Assembly: GCA_964577465.1 (NCBI GenBank) | Contig: CAZNZF010000001.1 | Coordinates: forward strand, 68,785-132,784 | Reading direction: 5' to 3' | Source of the DNA: an uncultured bacterium | GTDB lineage: Bacteria; RBG-13-66-14 | Length of the DNA stretch: 64,000 bases | Shown here: piece after piece, positions 9,596 through 20,510 of the stretch | Position numbering within the stretch: the first letter of the stretch is position 1 | How the letters are laid out: every line of letters begins with the position of its first letter | Translations under genes and position numbers: made by a program | The notes under the pieces: generated by a model | Seen by the model: the letters and a program-made list of their open reading frames with translations, nothing else | Databases searched by the model: none | Told to the model about the DNA's origin: nothing

Positions 9596-12016
9596 ATGGG
9601 CACCGGTGACGGACAGCTCTACGTCGAGGTCGCGCTGAACCTGGAGCTGCGGCGGAGCCTGACCTACGCCCTGCCGCCGGGGATGCGGGCCGAGCCGGGC
9701 GCCCGGGTCCACGTCCCGCTCCGCGGCTCGACCGCCCTGGGCTTCGTCGTGGAGGTCATCGACCGGCCGCCCGAGGGGATGGACCCCGCCTCTATTCAGC
9801 CGGTCAAAAGCGTGCTGGACGAGCGGTCGCTCTTCGACACGAAGCGACTCACCCTGGGCCGCTGGCTGGCCGATTACTACTCGGAGCCCCCGGGCGTCAC
9901 GCTGGACGCCATGCTCCCCGTCGGGTCCCGCACGCGCCGGATGTACGGCTACGGCCCGGCGGGGCCGCCACTGGACCTTGGCGGGTCGGTCGCCGCAATA
10001 TTCAAAAAACTTGAAGGCGGCCCGGTCAACAAGCGTAAGCTGCTCCACGGCCTGGCAAAGGGGGCCAAGGAGACGCTGGACCGCCTGGTCGCCGAGGGCC
10101 ACCTGCGCACCTGGGAGGAGCCGGCGGCGCCGCCGGTCACGGCCAAGGAGGGCCTCGCCGTCCGGCTGACCGCCGAGCCGCCGGAGCTGGGGGAATTTTC
10201 GAAGAAGTCGCCCGCCGGGGCCCGCGCCCTGGCGTACCTCGTCAGCCACACCGCGGGCCGGGACGCCGTCTGGGCCGCCGACGTCTGCCGCTCGGCCGAG
10301 GTGGGCTACTCCACCCTCCACGCCCTGGAGCGGAAAAAACTGGTGGCGCTCTTCCCCGTGGACCGGCTCGACGAGGGGGACCCCGCCCCGCCGCCACGCC
10401 ACCGGCTCACCGACGAGCAGGACCGGGCCTTGAAAAAAATCGCCGCCGCCCTGGGCGGGTACGGCGCCTTCCTCCTCGACGGGGTGACCGGCTCCGGGAA
10501 GACCGAGGTCTACCTCCGGGCGACGGAGGCGTGCCTTGCCGCCGACCGGGGCGTCATCATCCTGGTGCCCGAAATCGCCCTGACGGCCCAACTGATGCGC
10601 CTCTTCCGCCGGTGGTTCGGGGATTCGGTCGCGCTCCTGCACTCGCGGCAAGGGTTCGCCCAGCGCCGCTCTGAATGGCTGCGCCTCTACGAGGGGAAGG
10701 CCGGGGTGGCCCTGGGGCCGCGCTCCGCCGTCTTCGCCCCGGTGAGGAACCTCGGCCTGGTGGTGATGGACGAGGAGCACGAGGACGCCTACAAGCAGCA
10801 GGAGCAGCCCCGGTACCACGCCCGGGAGGTCGCGGCCAAGCGCTGCCGTCTCGAGGGGGCGACACTGGTCCTGGGCAGCGCCACCCCCAGCGTCTGGACG
10901 GCGCGGCTGGCCCAGGAGGGGAGGATCGAGCGGCTCCGGCTCTCGGAGCGGGTGGACGGGGCGAGCTTCCCCACGGTCCAGCTGGTGGACATGCGCGGGC
11001 GGCCCCGCGACCAGCTCGTGCCGACAGAACTGTTGGAGGCGCTCAACCACGAAATCGGGAAGGGCCGGCAGGCGATAATCCTGCTCAACCGCCGCGGCTT
11101 CGCCACCCAGGTCCGGTGCGAGGCCTGCGGCTACATCCCGCTCTGTCCGGGCTGCGGCATCCCCCTGGTGCTCCACGAGCCGGGCGGCGAGCTGCGCTGC
11201 CACCACTGCGGGCATCGGGAGAAAAGGCCGAGGGCGTGCCCCTCCTGCGGCGACCCGGACGCCCTGGGCTCCTTCGGCGCGGGGACCCAGCGGGTGGAGC
11301 AGGAACTGGTGCGGCAGCTTCCCTTCGCCCGGACGGTCCGGCTGGACACGGACGCCGCGACCGGGGCCGCGGGCCACGAGAAGGTACTCTCCCGCTTCGC
11401 CTCCGGTCAGGCCGACATCCTGCTGGGCACGCAGATGGTGGCCAAGGGGCTGCACTTCCCGAAAGTGACGCTGGTGGGCGTCCTGCGGGCCGACGCCGGG
11501 CTGTCCGTCCCCGATTTCCGCGCCGCCGAGCGGACCTTCGACCTCCTGTCCCAGGTCATCGGTAGGTCCGGGCGTGGGGTCTGGCCGGGGAGGGCGATTC
11601 TGGCCGCCCACGCGCCCGAGCACTACGCCGTGCGGGCCGCGGTCCTGGGCGATTACGACCTCTTCCTCGCCGAGGAGCTGAAGCAGCGCCGCATCGGCAA
11701 CTGGCCCCCCTACGTCCGCCTGGCCTCCCTGGTCTTCGCGTCACAGAAGCCGGACGCCGCCCTGGCTGCGGCGGAGAAAACGAGACGCTCCGTCCTGGCC
11801 GCCTTCAAGGAAGGCGGCTACGACGAGCGGACGGTGCAGCTCCTCGGCCCGGCCCCGGCGCCGTTGCAGAGATTGGCGGGTAAATGGCGGTTCCAGCTTC
11901 TGGCGAAAGCCTCGAGCGGGGCGGCGCTCTCCCTGGGGATGGAGACGGCATTGCGGACGGCGACGGGAGGAACGGTGCGGCTGACCCTGGACGTGGACCC
12001 GGTGTCCCTGATGTAG
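9596..12016 (+). CDS. priA: primosomal protein N-prime (PriA helicase)
   Basis: Walker [20 protein letters not shown] box, and the zinc-binding insert CEACGYIPLCPGCGIPLVLH...CHHCGH...CPSCG typical of PriA. Confidence 0.85.
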   Translation: MGTGDGQLYVEVALNLELRRSLTYALPPGMRAEPGARVHVPLRGSTALGFVVEVIDRPPEGMDPASIQPVKSVLDERSLFDTKRLTLGRWLADYYSEPPGVTLDAMLPVGSRTRRMYGYGPAGPPLDLGGSVAAIFKKLEGGPVNKRKLLHGLAKGAKETLDRLVAEGHLRTWEEPAAPPVTAKEGLAVRLTAEPPELGEFSKKSPAGARALAYLVSHTAGRDAVWAADVCRSAEVGYSTLHALERKKLVALFPVDRLDEGDPAPPPRHRLTDEQDRALKKIAAALGGYGAFLLDGVTGSGKTEVYLRATEACLAADRGVIILVPEIALTAQLMRLFRRWFGDSVALLHSRQGFAQRRSEWLRLYEGKAGVALGPRSAVFAPVRNLGLVVMDEEHEDAYKQQEQPRYHAREVAAKRCRLEGATLVLGSATPSVWTARLAQEGRIERLRLSERVDGASFPTVQLVDMRGRPRDQLVPTELLEALNHEIGKGRQAIILLNRRGFATQVRCEACGYIPLCPGCGIPLVLHEPGGELRCHHCGHREKRPRACPSCGDPDALGSFGAGTQRVEQELVRQLPFARTVRLDTDAATGAAGHEKVLSRFASGQADILLGTQMVAKGLHFPKVTLVGVLRADAGLSVPDFRAAERTFDLLSQVIGRSGRGVWPGRAILAAHAPEHYAVRAAVLGDYDLFLAEELKQRRIGNWPPYVRLASLVFASQKPDAALAAAEKTRRSVLAAFKEGGYDERTVQLLGPAPAPLQRLAGKWRFQLLAKASSGAALSLGMETALRTATGGTVRLTLDVDPVSLM

Positions 12017-12078
12017 CGCCTTGACCGGCAACCGGCCCGCCGGTATACTTGACGAAAATTGAACCGACGAGGAGCCCC

Positions 12079-12573
12079 ATGGAGCGTCCGGGCGACCGAC
12101 TGCGCCAGCGGCTGGCGAAGATATTCGGTGAAAGCGGCCTGACCCTCATCGAGCTGATGATAGTCCTGGCCATCATCGCCATTCTCATCGCCATCGCCGT
12201 GCCGAACATCGTCGACTACATCTCCGACGCCAACCGCACCGCCTGCATCACCAACCAGTCGAACCTCGAGGTCGAGATCGCGCGGTACAAGTCCACCCAC
12301 CCCGGCGCCCGGATAGGCCCGGCCGGGGCGCGGCTCTCCGACCCCAACGCCCATCCCAACGCCCAGGAGCTGATGGCCAACTCGGCCAACCCGGAGAACA
12401 TCCGCCGGATGCTCACCTGCCCCGAGGTCGGCGAGGACGGCTCGGCCCCCGGCTACCACTACGCCTACACCGACGACCTGGGGCACATCGAGTGCGCCGT
12501 GGACAACGCGGGGCTGGTGCGCGCCGAGGGCGCCGACTTCAACCACGACCGCTTCAACCTCTCGGAAGAGTAA
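12079..12573 (+). CDS. prepilin-type N-terminal cleavage/methylation domain protein (type IV pilin/pseudopilin-like)
   Basis: GAGGAG RBS. GLTLIELMIVLAIIAILIAIAVP is a class III signal with the cleavage-site Gly. Confidence 0.7.
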   Translation: MERPGDRLRQRLAKIFGESGLTLIELMIVLAIIAILIAIAVPNIVDYISDANRTACITNQSNLEVEIARYKSTHPGARIGPAGARLSDPNAHPNAQELMANSANPENIRRMLTCPEVGEDGSAPGYHYAYTDDLGHIECAVDNAGLVRAEGADFNHDRFNLSEE

Positions 12574-12710
12574 CCTGCGGTTCCGTTTCGTCCTCATTCC
12601 GTCCCGCTCGCAAGGTCAATCCCCCACCAGGCCCCGGGTCGTGAATTTCGGGGGGCAGATGCCCCGCTTCAGAGTCAATCCCCCGGTCAACCGACACCCG
12701 GCCCTGCGTA

Positions 12711-12740
12711 TTAGAAATTCATGATATTGCAATCTATAAT
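12711..12740 (+). promoter_or_regulatory. candidate sigma70-type promoter (TTAGAA-N18-TATAAT) upstream of metallopeptidase gene
   Basis: Hexamers read directly. Preceded by two copies of AG(G/A)GTCAATCCCCC about 60 bp apart. Confidence 0.3.
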
Positions 12741-12909
12741 CCGTGCGTAGCGTCCTGTGCAAAAAAAAGACTGTCGGACCGCCGTTAAAGTGCCGAAAGG
12801 GAGCGGCCCCGCGCCGACCGTTCCCGACAGCCGTACCCCCTTTTGCGAAAACCCGCCCCGCCGAAGCCGGAGGTACCGGAGACGCGGGCCGACCAATCGA
12901 GGAGTAATC

Positions 12910-14793
12910 ATGAGAATCTTCGTCGCGTTACTTCTGGTCTTCGCCGCCGCGGCCCTGGCCGTCACCGAGCCGCCGCCCTGGTTTTACGAGATGCAGCGCG
13001 CCGCCGCCCAGACGCCCCGGGTCGGCCCCGCGCCGCCCGGAACCGACGAGTACGACGTGGGGGACCATCTCCAGCTCTGGAAGTGGAACCTCGCCGGCTA
13101 CCCCACGCAGGACCTCGTGGACTGCACCATCCGCGGCAAGAGCGACCACGGCTACGTCGTGGTGGACGACACGGTCTGGCCGGGCCAGATAAACCAGGCC
13201 GACGTCGACCAGATTCTCGAGAACTGGGAGAACTCCTCGGACGGGCCCCGCCCCGACGACGGCATCTACGACATCGACACCACCACCTTCGGGCCGTGCC
13301 CCGATGAAATCGACGGGGACCCGCGCGTGTTCCTCTTCTACTACGACTTCGACATCTCCGCCGACGGCTTCTTCATGTTCTACGATGAATACCCAGACGG
13401 CACCTACGAGTGGCACTCCAACGAGAGGGAAATCGTCTACCTGAACAGCTCGGGCAGCGACCCCGGCGGGACGTACATGATTGCCGTCGCCGCCCACGAG
13501 TTCGAGCACATGCTCCACTGGTACCAGGACGACAACGAGGACTTGTGGGTGGACGAGGGCTGCGCCGAGCTGGCCATGTTCCTCTTCGGGCACCCCGACA
13601 GCGTCAGCGGCTTCAACGGCCACTCGGACAACGACCTGACGAGCTGGAACGGCGACTGGGCCGACTACATCAAGACCTACCTCTGGACCCTCTACCTCTA
13701 CGAGCACTACGGCGAGGGCTCCGCCGACCCGACGGACCTCATCTGGGAGCTGGTCCACGAGCAGGCCAACTCCATCACCGGGGTGAACAACGCCCTGGAC
13801 ACGGTGGACGCCGGGACCACCTTCGAGGAAATCCTGCCCGACTGGGTCGACGCGAACTTCCTCGACCTGGCCGACGAGGACCTCTTCGACGGGCGGTACA
13901 GCTATTTCGGCGAGGACCTGCCGCTCTTCACCCCCGCCTCCATCCACAACCACTACCCCGCCTCCGGCTCCAACAACCTCTCCCGCTACGCCGGGGAGTA
14001 CGTGCTCTTCGTGGACCCTGGGCGCGGCGGGGAGATGACCGAGTGGCTCTACGGGCAATTCGACGGCCACGACGCCTCCGACTTCACCGTGGACGTCCTG
14101 CGTATCAACTCCGGCGACGAGGCGGACACCGAGGTCGTGCGGCTGGACCTGGACTCGGAGAACCGGTCCACCTTCGACGCGCCGGAATTCCCGTACACCC
14201 ACGACCGGGTGGTGCTCGCCGTGACGAGGCCGACCGCGGCGGGGCCCGGGACCTACGACTACCAGGCCGACGTGAGCGGGACCGGCGTCGGCGACGCCGA
14301 ATTCAGCGCCTCGCGCACCGGGGACGGCGTCCTGGCCGACTGGAGCGTATCCGAGGCGCGGTCGGTCGTTCTGCTGCGGGGGGAGACGACGGTGGTCCGT
14401 CTGGACGACGCCGCGGGCCGCTACCTCGACCGTGAGGCCCCGGACGCCGGCTGCTCTTACATTCTCGAAGTGACGGACATCGCCGGTCGGACGATGCGCC
14501 TGGGGCCGGTGGAGGTGGGACCCGCGGGGGATGAAAACGCGGGGCTCACCCTCAGCGCGCCTTACCCCTCGCCCGCCTCCGAGCGGGTGGCCTTCGATTT
14601 CACCGTCCCCGGCGACGGTGAGGCGCGCCTCTCCGTGTACGACCTCTCCGGTCGGGAGGTGTTCTCCACGGCGGTGGAGCCGGCGGCGGGCCGCGTGGTA
14701 TGGGACGCCTCGGCCGCGGCTCCGGGGGTGTACCTGGCAAGGCTCGTCGGTGAGGGCGGGACGGTATTCCGCCGGCTGGTCATCGCCCGCTGA
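12910..14793 (+). CDS. secreted MA-clan (gluzincin, Peptidase_MA_2-like) zinc metallopeptidase with T9SS-type CTD
   Basis: Signal peptide MRIFVALLLVFAAAALA. HEFEHMLHW...DLWVDEGCAE gives HEXXH plus a downstream Glu. The C-terminus (LSAPYPSPASERVAFDF...LSVYDLSGREV...GVYLARL...RLVIAR) matches the T9SS CTD. Confidence 0.7.
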   Translation: MRIFVALLLVFAAAALAVTEPPPWFYEMQRAAAQTPRVGPAPPGTDEYDVGDHLQLWKWNLAGYPTQDLVDCTIRGKSDHGYVVVDDTVWPGQINQADVDQILENWENSSDGPRPDDGIYDIDTTTFGPCPDEIDGDPRVFLFYYDFDISADGFFMFYDEYPDGTYEWHSNEREIVYLNSSGSDPGGTYMIAVAAHEFEHMLHWYQDDNEDLWVDEGCAELAMFLFGHPDSVSGFNGHSDNDLTSWNGDWADYIKTYLWTLYLYEHYGEGSADPTDLIWELVHEQANSITGVNNALDTVDAGTTFEEILPDWVDANFLDLADEDLFDGRYSYFGEDLPLFTPASIHNHYPASGSNNLSRYAGEYVLFVDPGRGGEMTEWLYGQFDGHDASDFTVDVLRINSGDEADTEVVRLDLDSENRSTFDAPEFPYTHDRVVLAVTRPTAAGPGTYDYQADVSGTGVGDAEFSASRTGDGVLADWSVSEARSVVLLRGETTVVRLDDAAGRYLDREAPDAGCSYILEVTDIAGRTMRLGPVEVGPAGDENAGLTLSAPYPSPASERVAFDFTVPGDGEARLSVYDLSGREVFSTAVEPAAGRVVWDASAAAPGVYLARLVGEGGTVFRRLVIAR

Positions 14794-14812
14794 ACCGGGG
14801 TGACGCGAATCG

Positions 14813-14843
14813 AAGGGGACGGCGCAGGGCCGTCCCCTTTTTC
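14813..14843 (+). terminator. rho-independent terminator
   Basis: GGGGACGGCGCAGGGCCGTCCCC hairpin followed by TTTTTCG. Confidence 0.6.
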
Positions 14844-14933
14844 GCACCGTCGACGCCCGGCGACCGGGGCGGCTGTGGTAGAATAAAGGTCGGAAAAAAT
14901 CATCGTCCCCACCCGACTCCCGGGAGTCACGCC

Positions 14934-15878
<945 letters not shown>

Positions 15879-15881
15879 CCC

Positions 15882-16829
15882 ATGCGTAAAATACCGATTC
15901 CAGTGGCCATCGCGCTCCTCCTGGCGGCGGCCTGTTCCGACATCGACCTGGCGCCGTTCTGGAGCGAGTTCGAGCTGCCGGGCGGTCCAGCGCAGGGCCT
16001 GCGGGACATAGATTACGATTCCGGCACCGGTTTCGCCGTAGGCTCACACGGTCAGGCCTGGTTCTGTCACCACGGTCAGTGGGATGAAGACTGGACGCCC
16101 GTACACGGGGACTTCGACGTGGAGCTCACCGGCGTCGACGTGGACGATGACGGCTACATCTGGGTCTGCGGGGCAGACGACGATGAAAACGGTCACCTGT
16201 ACACCTACGACTACGATATGCGCCAGGGCCCGTGGCACGAGTACGAGCTGGACGGCGCCGCCTTCCTGGCCGACGTTGCCGCGCATAGCTATAATGGAGT
16301 CGTCACCGTGGGCTCCGAGGGCCAGGTCTGGCGGATGTGGTCGCCCGATTGGGAACTTGTCTGGAACGACAGCGATTATCTCTGGCGGGCGGTGGACTAC
16401 CCCGCCTCGGGCGATGTGCTCGTGGTTGGCGAGAGGTTATCCACCGGTCACGGCGCCTACCTGCGTTTCGACTATTTCGACGCCGACTGCACCGTGGCTG
16501 AGACGGCCGGCGGGCGGCTGGAGGATTGCGCCCTGACGGACTCCGACGCCGGCTGGGCCGTGGACGCCGACGGCTGCATCTACCGCTTCGACTCCGGGAC
16601 GATGGAGATGGTCGCCGATGCCGGCGTTTTCCTGCTCGGGCTGGCCGTAGAACCGGACCGCGACGACGCCCTCTGGCTCTGCGGCCTCGGCGGGACGCTG
16701 GTCCACTACGTCGACGGTGAACTGGAATATCTCGACCCGCCCACCGACGAGAACCTGCACGACCTGGTGCTGGTCGACGGCGACGAGGGCTGGGCCGCGG
16801 CTCAGACGCTCCTGTTAGAGTACCGCTGA
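15882..16829 (+). CDS. hypothetical lipoprotein, beta-propeller-like repeats
   Basis: Lipobox LLAAACS. Repeated W/D-rich blades (GQAWFCHHGQWDEDW, GQVWRMWSPDWELVW). The start is 4 nt after the prs stop. Confidence 0.5.
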   Translation: MRKIPIPVAIALLLAAACSDIDLAPFWSEFELPGGPAQGLRDIDYDSGTGFAVGSHGQAWFCHHGQWDEDWTPVHGDFDVELTGVDVDDDGYIWVCGADDDENGHLYTYDYDMRQGPWHEYELDGAAFLADVAAHSYNGVVTVGSEGQVWRMWSPDWELVWNDSDYLWRAVDYPASGDVLVVGERLSTGHGAYLRFDYFDADCTVAETAGGRLEDCALTDSDAGWAVDADGCIYRFDSGTMEMVADAGVFLLGLAVEPDRDDALWLCGLGGTLVHYVDGELEYLDPPTDENLHDLVLVDGDEGWAAAQTLLLEYR

Positions 16830-18520
16830 TGCGCGATCTCGTCATTGAAGTCAACTACCCCGAGGGGGCCCGGTGGTCCCCGCCCGGTGAGCGCATCCGC
16901 CTCGAAGACCTCCCCGCTGCGGGAGGTTTCGGCCTTTTTCGCGCGGTGCGCGCGGCGGCGAAATTTCCGCGCTACCGGCGCGTTTACATCGCGAGTAAAG
17001 ACCAGCGCCACGTAAAGGCATGGCTACTCCTCGCGGCCCTGTCCCTGGGGGCTCAGGTCTGGTTCGTCATGCTCTTCACGCCGGTTCAGCGGCTCACCAA
17101 GGGCGGGCTCATCTGGACGCTGCCCTTCTTTCGGAAAATCCCGTCCCGCGTGTCGGCGCGGGAATTCACCCGCCGGCTCCGGGAGACCGTCCCCCAGGGC
17201 GCCCCGCCGAGAACGGGGGGCGTGCTGCTTTTTGCCCACTCGTACCCACCCTCCAAGGGGGGGATTCAAACTTCGATGGTCCACGCCGCCGAGGGTTTTC
17301 GTCAACGCGGCCTCCCCGTGCGCGTGCTGGACGGCTACCGCGCGGGCTGGCGTCCCTACGACGAGAACAGCCCCGTTCTCGTCCGGCGCGTCTACACCGG
17401 CAGGCGCTTCCGGCTGCGGGAGTGCCGCCGATTGGCGCGCCGGGCCGCCGAGGCCGTCCGCCTCCTCCCCGGTCGACCGCCGTCAAGCGAGGTAGTCGAA
17501 ACCGTCAAGCAATTCATCGCCGCCTGCCCCGCGGGGAAGGCCGCCGAATTCTTGGCGCATTTCGAGGCCGCCTGCCGGCTCATCGCCGAGGGCTCGCCGG
17601 ACACCATCCACGTCGGGTACTGCCACCCCGATTCCCTGGCGGCGATGCTTTTATCAGCTATCGGCGGCTGGCCCTACCTCATCTACGCCCACGGCACCGA
17701 AACCCTGCGTTTCTCCAAAGACAAACGTCTGGCGCCCTTCTTCACGAAAAGTTTCCGCGCGGCGGCGGCGGTGCTGGCCAACGCGCATTACAGCGCCGAG
17801 ATTGTGGAACGGGGCCACGGCGTGCCCCCGGACAGAATCGAAATCATCCACCCCGGCGTGGACTTCGCCCATTTCGCCGCCCCGCCGGCCGAGGGCCTCC
17901 TCGCCGAGCTCCGCCGGCGCCACCGCATCCCCCCCGACGCAAAGACACTGTTCATCGTCGGCCGGGTGATTCCGCTCAAGGGCTTCGACACGACTCTGCG
18001 GGCCCTGCCCAAGGTTTTGGGGGAATTCCCCGAAACGGTGCTCCTCCTGGGCGGCGACGGGTTCTACCTGCCGCGCATCCGCGGGATGGTCGCCGAGCTG
18101 GGCCTGACGGACGCGGTGCGCCTGCTAGGACGGATTCCCGACGACGAGCTGGCGGCCTTTTACCATCTGGCCGACCTCTTCGTGATGCCCAGCCGGGACG
18201 ACCCGCCCGGCTCCTTCGAGGGGTTCGGCATCGTCTTCCTGGAGGCCGGAGCGGCGGGGACGCCGCAGGTCGGCGGCCGGTCCGGGGGGATTCCCGACGC
18301 CGTGCATGACGGGGAGACGGGCCTTTTGTGCGACCCGTGGGACCCGGACGACTTTTGCGAGAAAATCACCCGCCTGTGGCGCGACCCGGATTTATTGAGA
18401 AGGCTGGGCGAGGGGGCGCGGCGGTGGGCCGCGGAGCAGGATTGGGAGCGGGTCATCGGGAGGAAGATGGCCCTGGACGAGCGGATGCGCGGGGGGGCCG
18501 GAGAACGGAAGCCGGGTTAG
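16829..18520 (+). CDS. glycosyltransferase family 4 with N-terminal membrane extension
   Basis: The C-terminal GT-B motif (GFGIVFLEAGAAGTPQVGGRSGGIPDAVHDGETGLL) plus FAHSYPPSKGG resembles the GT4 at 38662. ATG overlaps the upstream stop (TGATG). Confidence 0.75.
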   Translation: MRDLVIEVNYPEGARWSPPGERIRLEDLPAAGGFGLFRAVRAAAKFPRYRRVYIASKDQRHVKAWLLLAALSLGAQVWFVMLFTPVQRLTKGGLIWTLPFFRKIPSRVSAREFTRRLRETVPQGAPPRTGGVLLFAHSYPPSKGGIQTSMVHAAEGFRQRGLPVRVLDGYRAGWRPYDENSPVLVRRVYTGRRFRLRECRRLARRAAEAVRLLPGRPPSSEVVETVKQFIAACPAGKAAEFLAHFEAACRLIAEGSPDTIHVGYCHPDSLAAMLLSAIGGWPYLIYAHGTETLRFSKDKRLAPFFTKSFRAAAAVLANAHYSAEIVERGHGVPPDRIEIIHPGVDFAHFAAPPAEGLLAELRRRHRIPPDAKTLFIVGRVIPLKGFDTTLRALPKVLGEFPETVLLLGGDGFYLPRIRGMVAELGLTDAVRLLGRIPDDELAAFYHLADLFVMPSRDDPPGSFEGFGIVFLEAGAAGTPQVGGRSGGIPDAVHDGETGLLCDPWDPDDFCEKITRLWRDPDLLRRLGEGARRWAAEQDWERVIGRKMALDERMRGGAGERKPG

Positions 18521-19884
18521 CGCAGGGCGCCGTTCAGCAGGGTCCGGTGCTCGGCCGAGCCGCAGACCGAGACGTCGGGCGGATTGTCCAGCAGCCGCCT
18601 GCGCTCGACGGGGTCCAGCCCCAGACGCAGGCAGACGTTCTCGAAGGCGCGGTCGTAATCGGCGAGCCCGGGCAGCGGCAGTCCCAGGGCCAGCTTGAAC
18701 AGCCACACCCGCAGGACATGGCGGCGGAGCGAATCGCGCTCCAGGCCGCCTTCTTTCAACGCCACCAGGACGGCGTCCCGGGCCCCGGTCATCTGGGCCG
18801 CCGTGTGGCAGACGAGCACCAGGTCGGCCCCGGCACCCAGCGCCATCACCGCCGCCTCCGGCAGGCCGTAGTTCTTGACGATGGCCCCCATCTCCAGGTC
18901 GTCGGTCACGGCCACGCCGTCGAAGCCGATCTCGCCCCGCAGGGCGTCGTAGGCCGCCGGGGAGAGGCTGGCGGGCTTCTCGGGGTCCAGGACGGGGATG
19001 ACCACGTGGCTGACCATCGCCGCCTTGAGCCACTGGCCGTCGGTTAAAAGCGCGCGGAAGGGGGGCCACTCGAAATTTTCGACGTGCTCGGAGTCCACGG
19101 CGATGACCGGCAGGTCGTAGTGTGCGTCCACGGCGGCCTCGCCCTTGCCGGGGAAGTGCTTGGCGCAGACGGCTACGCCGGCGGCGAGAATCCCCCGGGC
19201 CACGGCGGCGGCGTACTCCGAGACCACGGCCGGGTCGCCCGAGAAGGAGCGGTCACCTATTCCCGGGTTGGACGGGTTCGTCAGCACGTCCACCACCGGG
19301 GCCAGGTTCCAGTTGCAGCCCACCGCGGCCAGCTCCCGGCCGACGACCTCCCCTAAAATCTCGGCGCCCGCGGGGTCCGTTCTCCACGGCAGCTCACCCA
19401 TGGCCGGGATGGCGGTGAAGCCGTCCTTCAGCCGCCGAACCCTCCCCCCCTCCTGGTCCACGGCGACCAGAAGCCCGGGCAGGCCCAGCTCCGCGGCCTC
19501 CGCCTGCAGGGCGCCGGTCAGCCCCCGGAGCCGGTCGGCGTCGGCGATGTTTCGGGCGAAGAGGATTACCCCGGCGGGCCGTAAATCGGCGAGCCGCTCC
19601 ACCGTCGCGTCGCCGAGGTCGAGGCCGTCGATCCCGACCACGAAGAGCTGACCGACCAGCTCCTCGTCGGAAAGCTCCCCGATGCGCTCCGATAGCGCGT
19701 TCCGCACGTCGTAATGCTCCAGGGCAATCTCGCCGGCCCAGGGGCCGAAGCCCAACCGGTTCGGCAGGCAGGCCAGGACGAGCGCGGCCGCAAGCAGGAG
19801 CGTCACGACCGTGAGGAGGACGACTTTCAACGCTCCGCCTTTTTTCGGGTCGTGGCGACGCCGCCACGCTCGTTCAGATTGCAC
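18517..19884 (-). CDS. nagZ: beta-N-acetylhexosaminidase (GH3, NagZ-like)
   Basis: GH3 motifs are present (KHFPGKG, DQEGGRVRRL). An N-terminal TM/signal is present. Confidence 0.8.
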   Translation of the reverse strand: MQSERAWRRRHDPKKGGALKVVLLTVVTLLLAAALVLACLPNRLGFGPWAGEIALEHYDVRNALSERIGELSDEELVGQLFVVGIDGLDLGDATVERLADLRPAGVILFARNIADADRLRGLTGALQAEAAELGLPGLLVAVDQEGGRVRRLKDGFTAIPAMGELPWRTDPAGAEILGEVVGRELAAVGCNWNLAPVVDVLTNPSNPGIGDRSFSGDPAVVSEYAAAVARGILAAGVAVCAKHFPGKGEAAVDAHYDLPVIAVDSEHVENFEWPPFRALLTDGQWLKAAMVSHVVIPVLDPEKPASLSPAAYDALRGEIGFDGVAVTDDLEMGAIVKNYGLPEAAVMALGAGADLVLVCHTAAQMTGARDAVLVALKEGGLERDSLRRHVLRVWLFKLALGLPLPGLADYDRAFENVCLRLGLDPVERRRLLDNPPDVSVCGSAEHRTLLNGALR

Positions 19885-20031
19885 CGCCCGGCGGTATCAT
19901 TCTGACACGGCAAAATGACTTCCCTGTAAGGAAGAGGGCCCCGGCCGCCCTCCGCCATCGCATACCGCACCTGAATGCGCCGGTGAATCAGAATCGAGCT
20001 ACCGCGCCGGTCGGGAAACGGCCTACCGGCG

Positions 20032-20478
20032 TCAGTGCTTGATGTCCAGCATCTCGATTACGGCATCGGCCCGCTTCACCAGCTCCATCGGCGCCCGGCG
20101 GCCGGTGAGGACCAGTTCCACGGGGAATCCCACCTCGAACACCGTCTCGACGTCCGCGAGCGGGATGAAACCGGCCTCCACCGCGTCCAGGAGCCCGTCC
20201 AGCACCACGAGGTCGTGTCCCCGGGCCTCGCAGAGGTCGAGAGCCGTCCGCCAGCCCTTATCCGCCGAGCTCCGGCCGTCCACGCCGAGGTCGCAGGGAA
20301 AAACGTCGATTCCCAGCCTGACGGCCGACTCGGCCTCCCCGGAAGTTTCCGGTCTGAGAAACCGCACCACCGCCACCCGTCCGCCGGTACCGCGCCGGGT
20401 CATCGCCAGGCCGAAAGCGGCGGTGCTGCCGGTCTCGACCTCGCCGGAATAAATCCTGACCACGCAATTCTTCTCAGC
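20032..20478 (-). CDS. CobO/BtuR-family cob(I)yrinic acid a,c-diamide adenosyltransferase-like protein with degenerate P-loop
   Basis: The C-terminal pattern YDLVVLDG...LVLTGRRAP...ADAVIEMLDIKH matches CobA/CobO. The usual GNGKGKTTAAFG is replaced by GEVETGSTAAFG. Probable GTG start with AGGAG upstream; the track's longer ORF is probably over-extended. Confidence 0.55.
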   Translation of the reverse strand, partial: AEKNCVVRIYSGEVETGSTAAFGLAMTRRGTGGRVAVVRFLRPETSGEAESAVRLGIDVFPCDLGVDGRSSADKGWRTALDLCEARGHDLVVLDGLLDAVEAGFIPLADVETVFEVGFPVELVLTGRRAPMELVKRADAVIEMLDIKH

Positions 20479-20510
20479 CACTCCACGCTCCTTGAAACCG
20501 GATGAAACGG

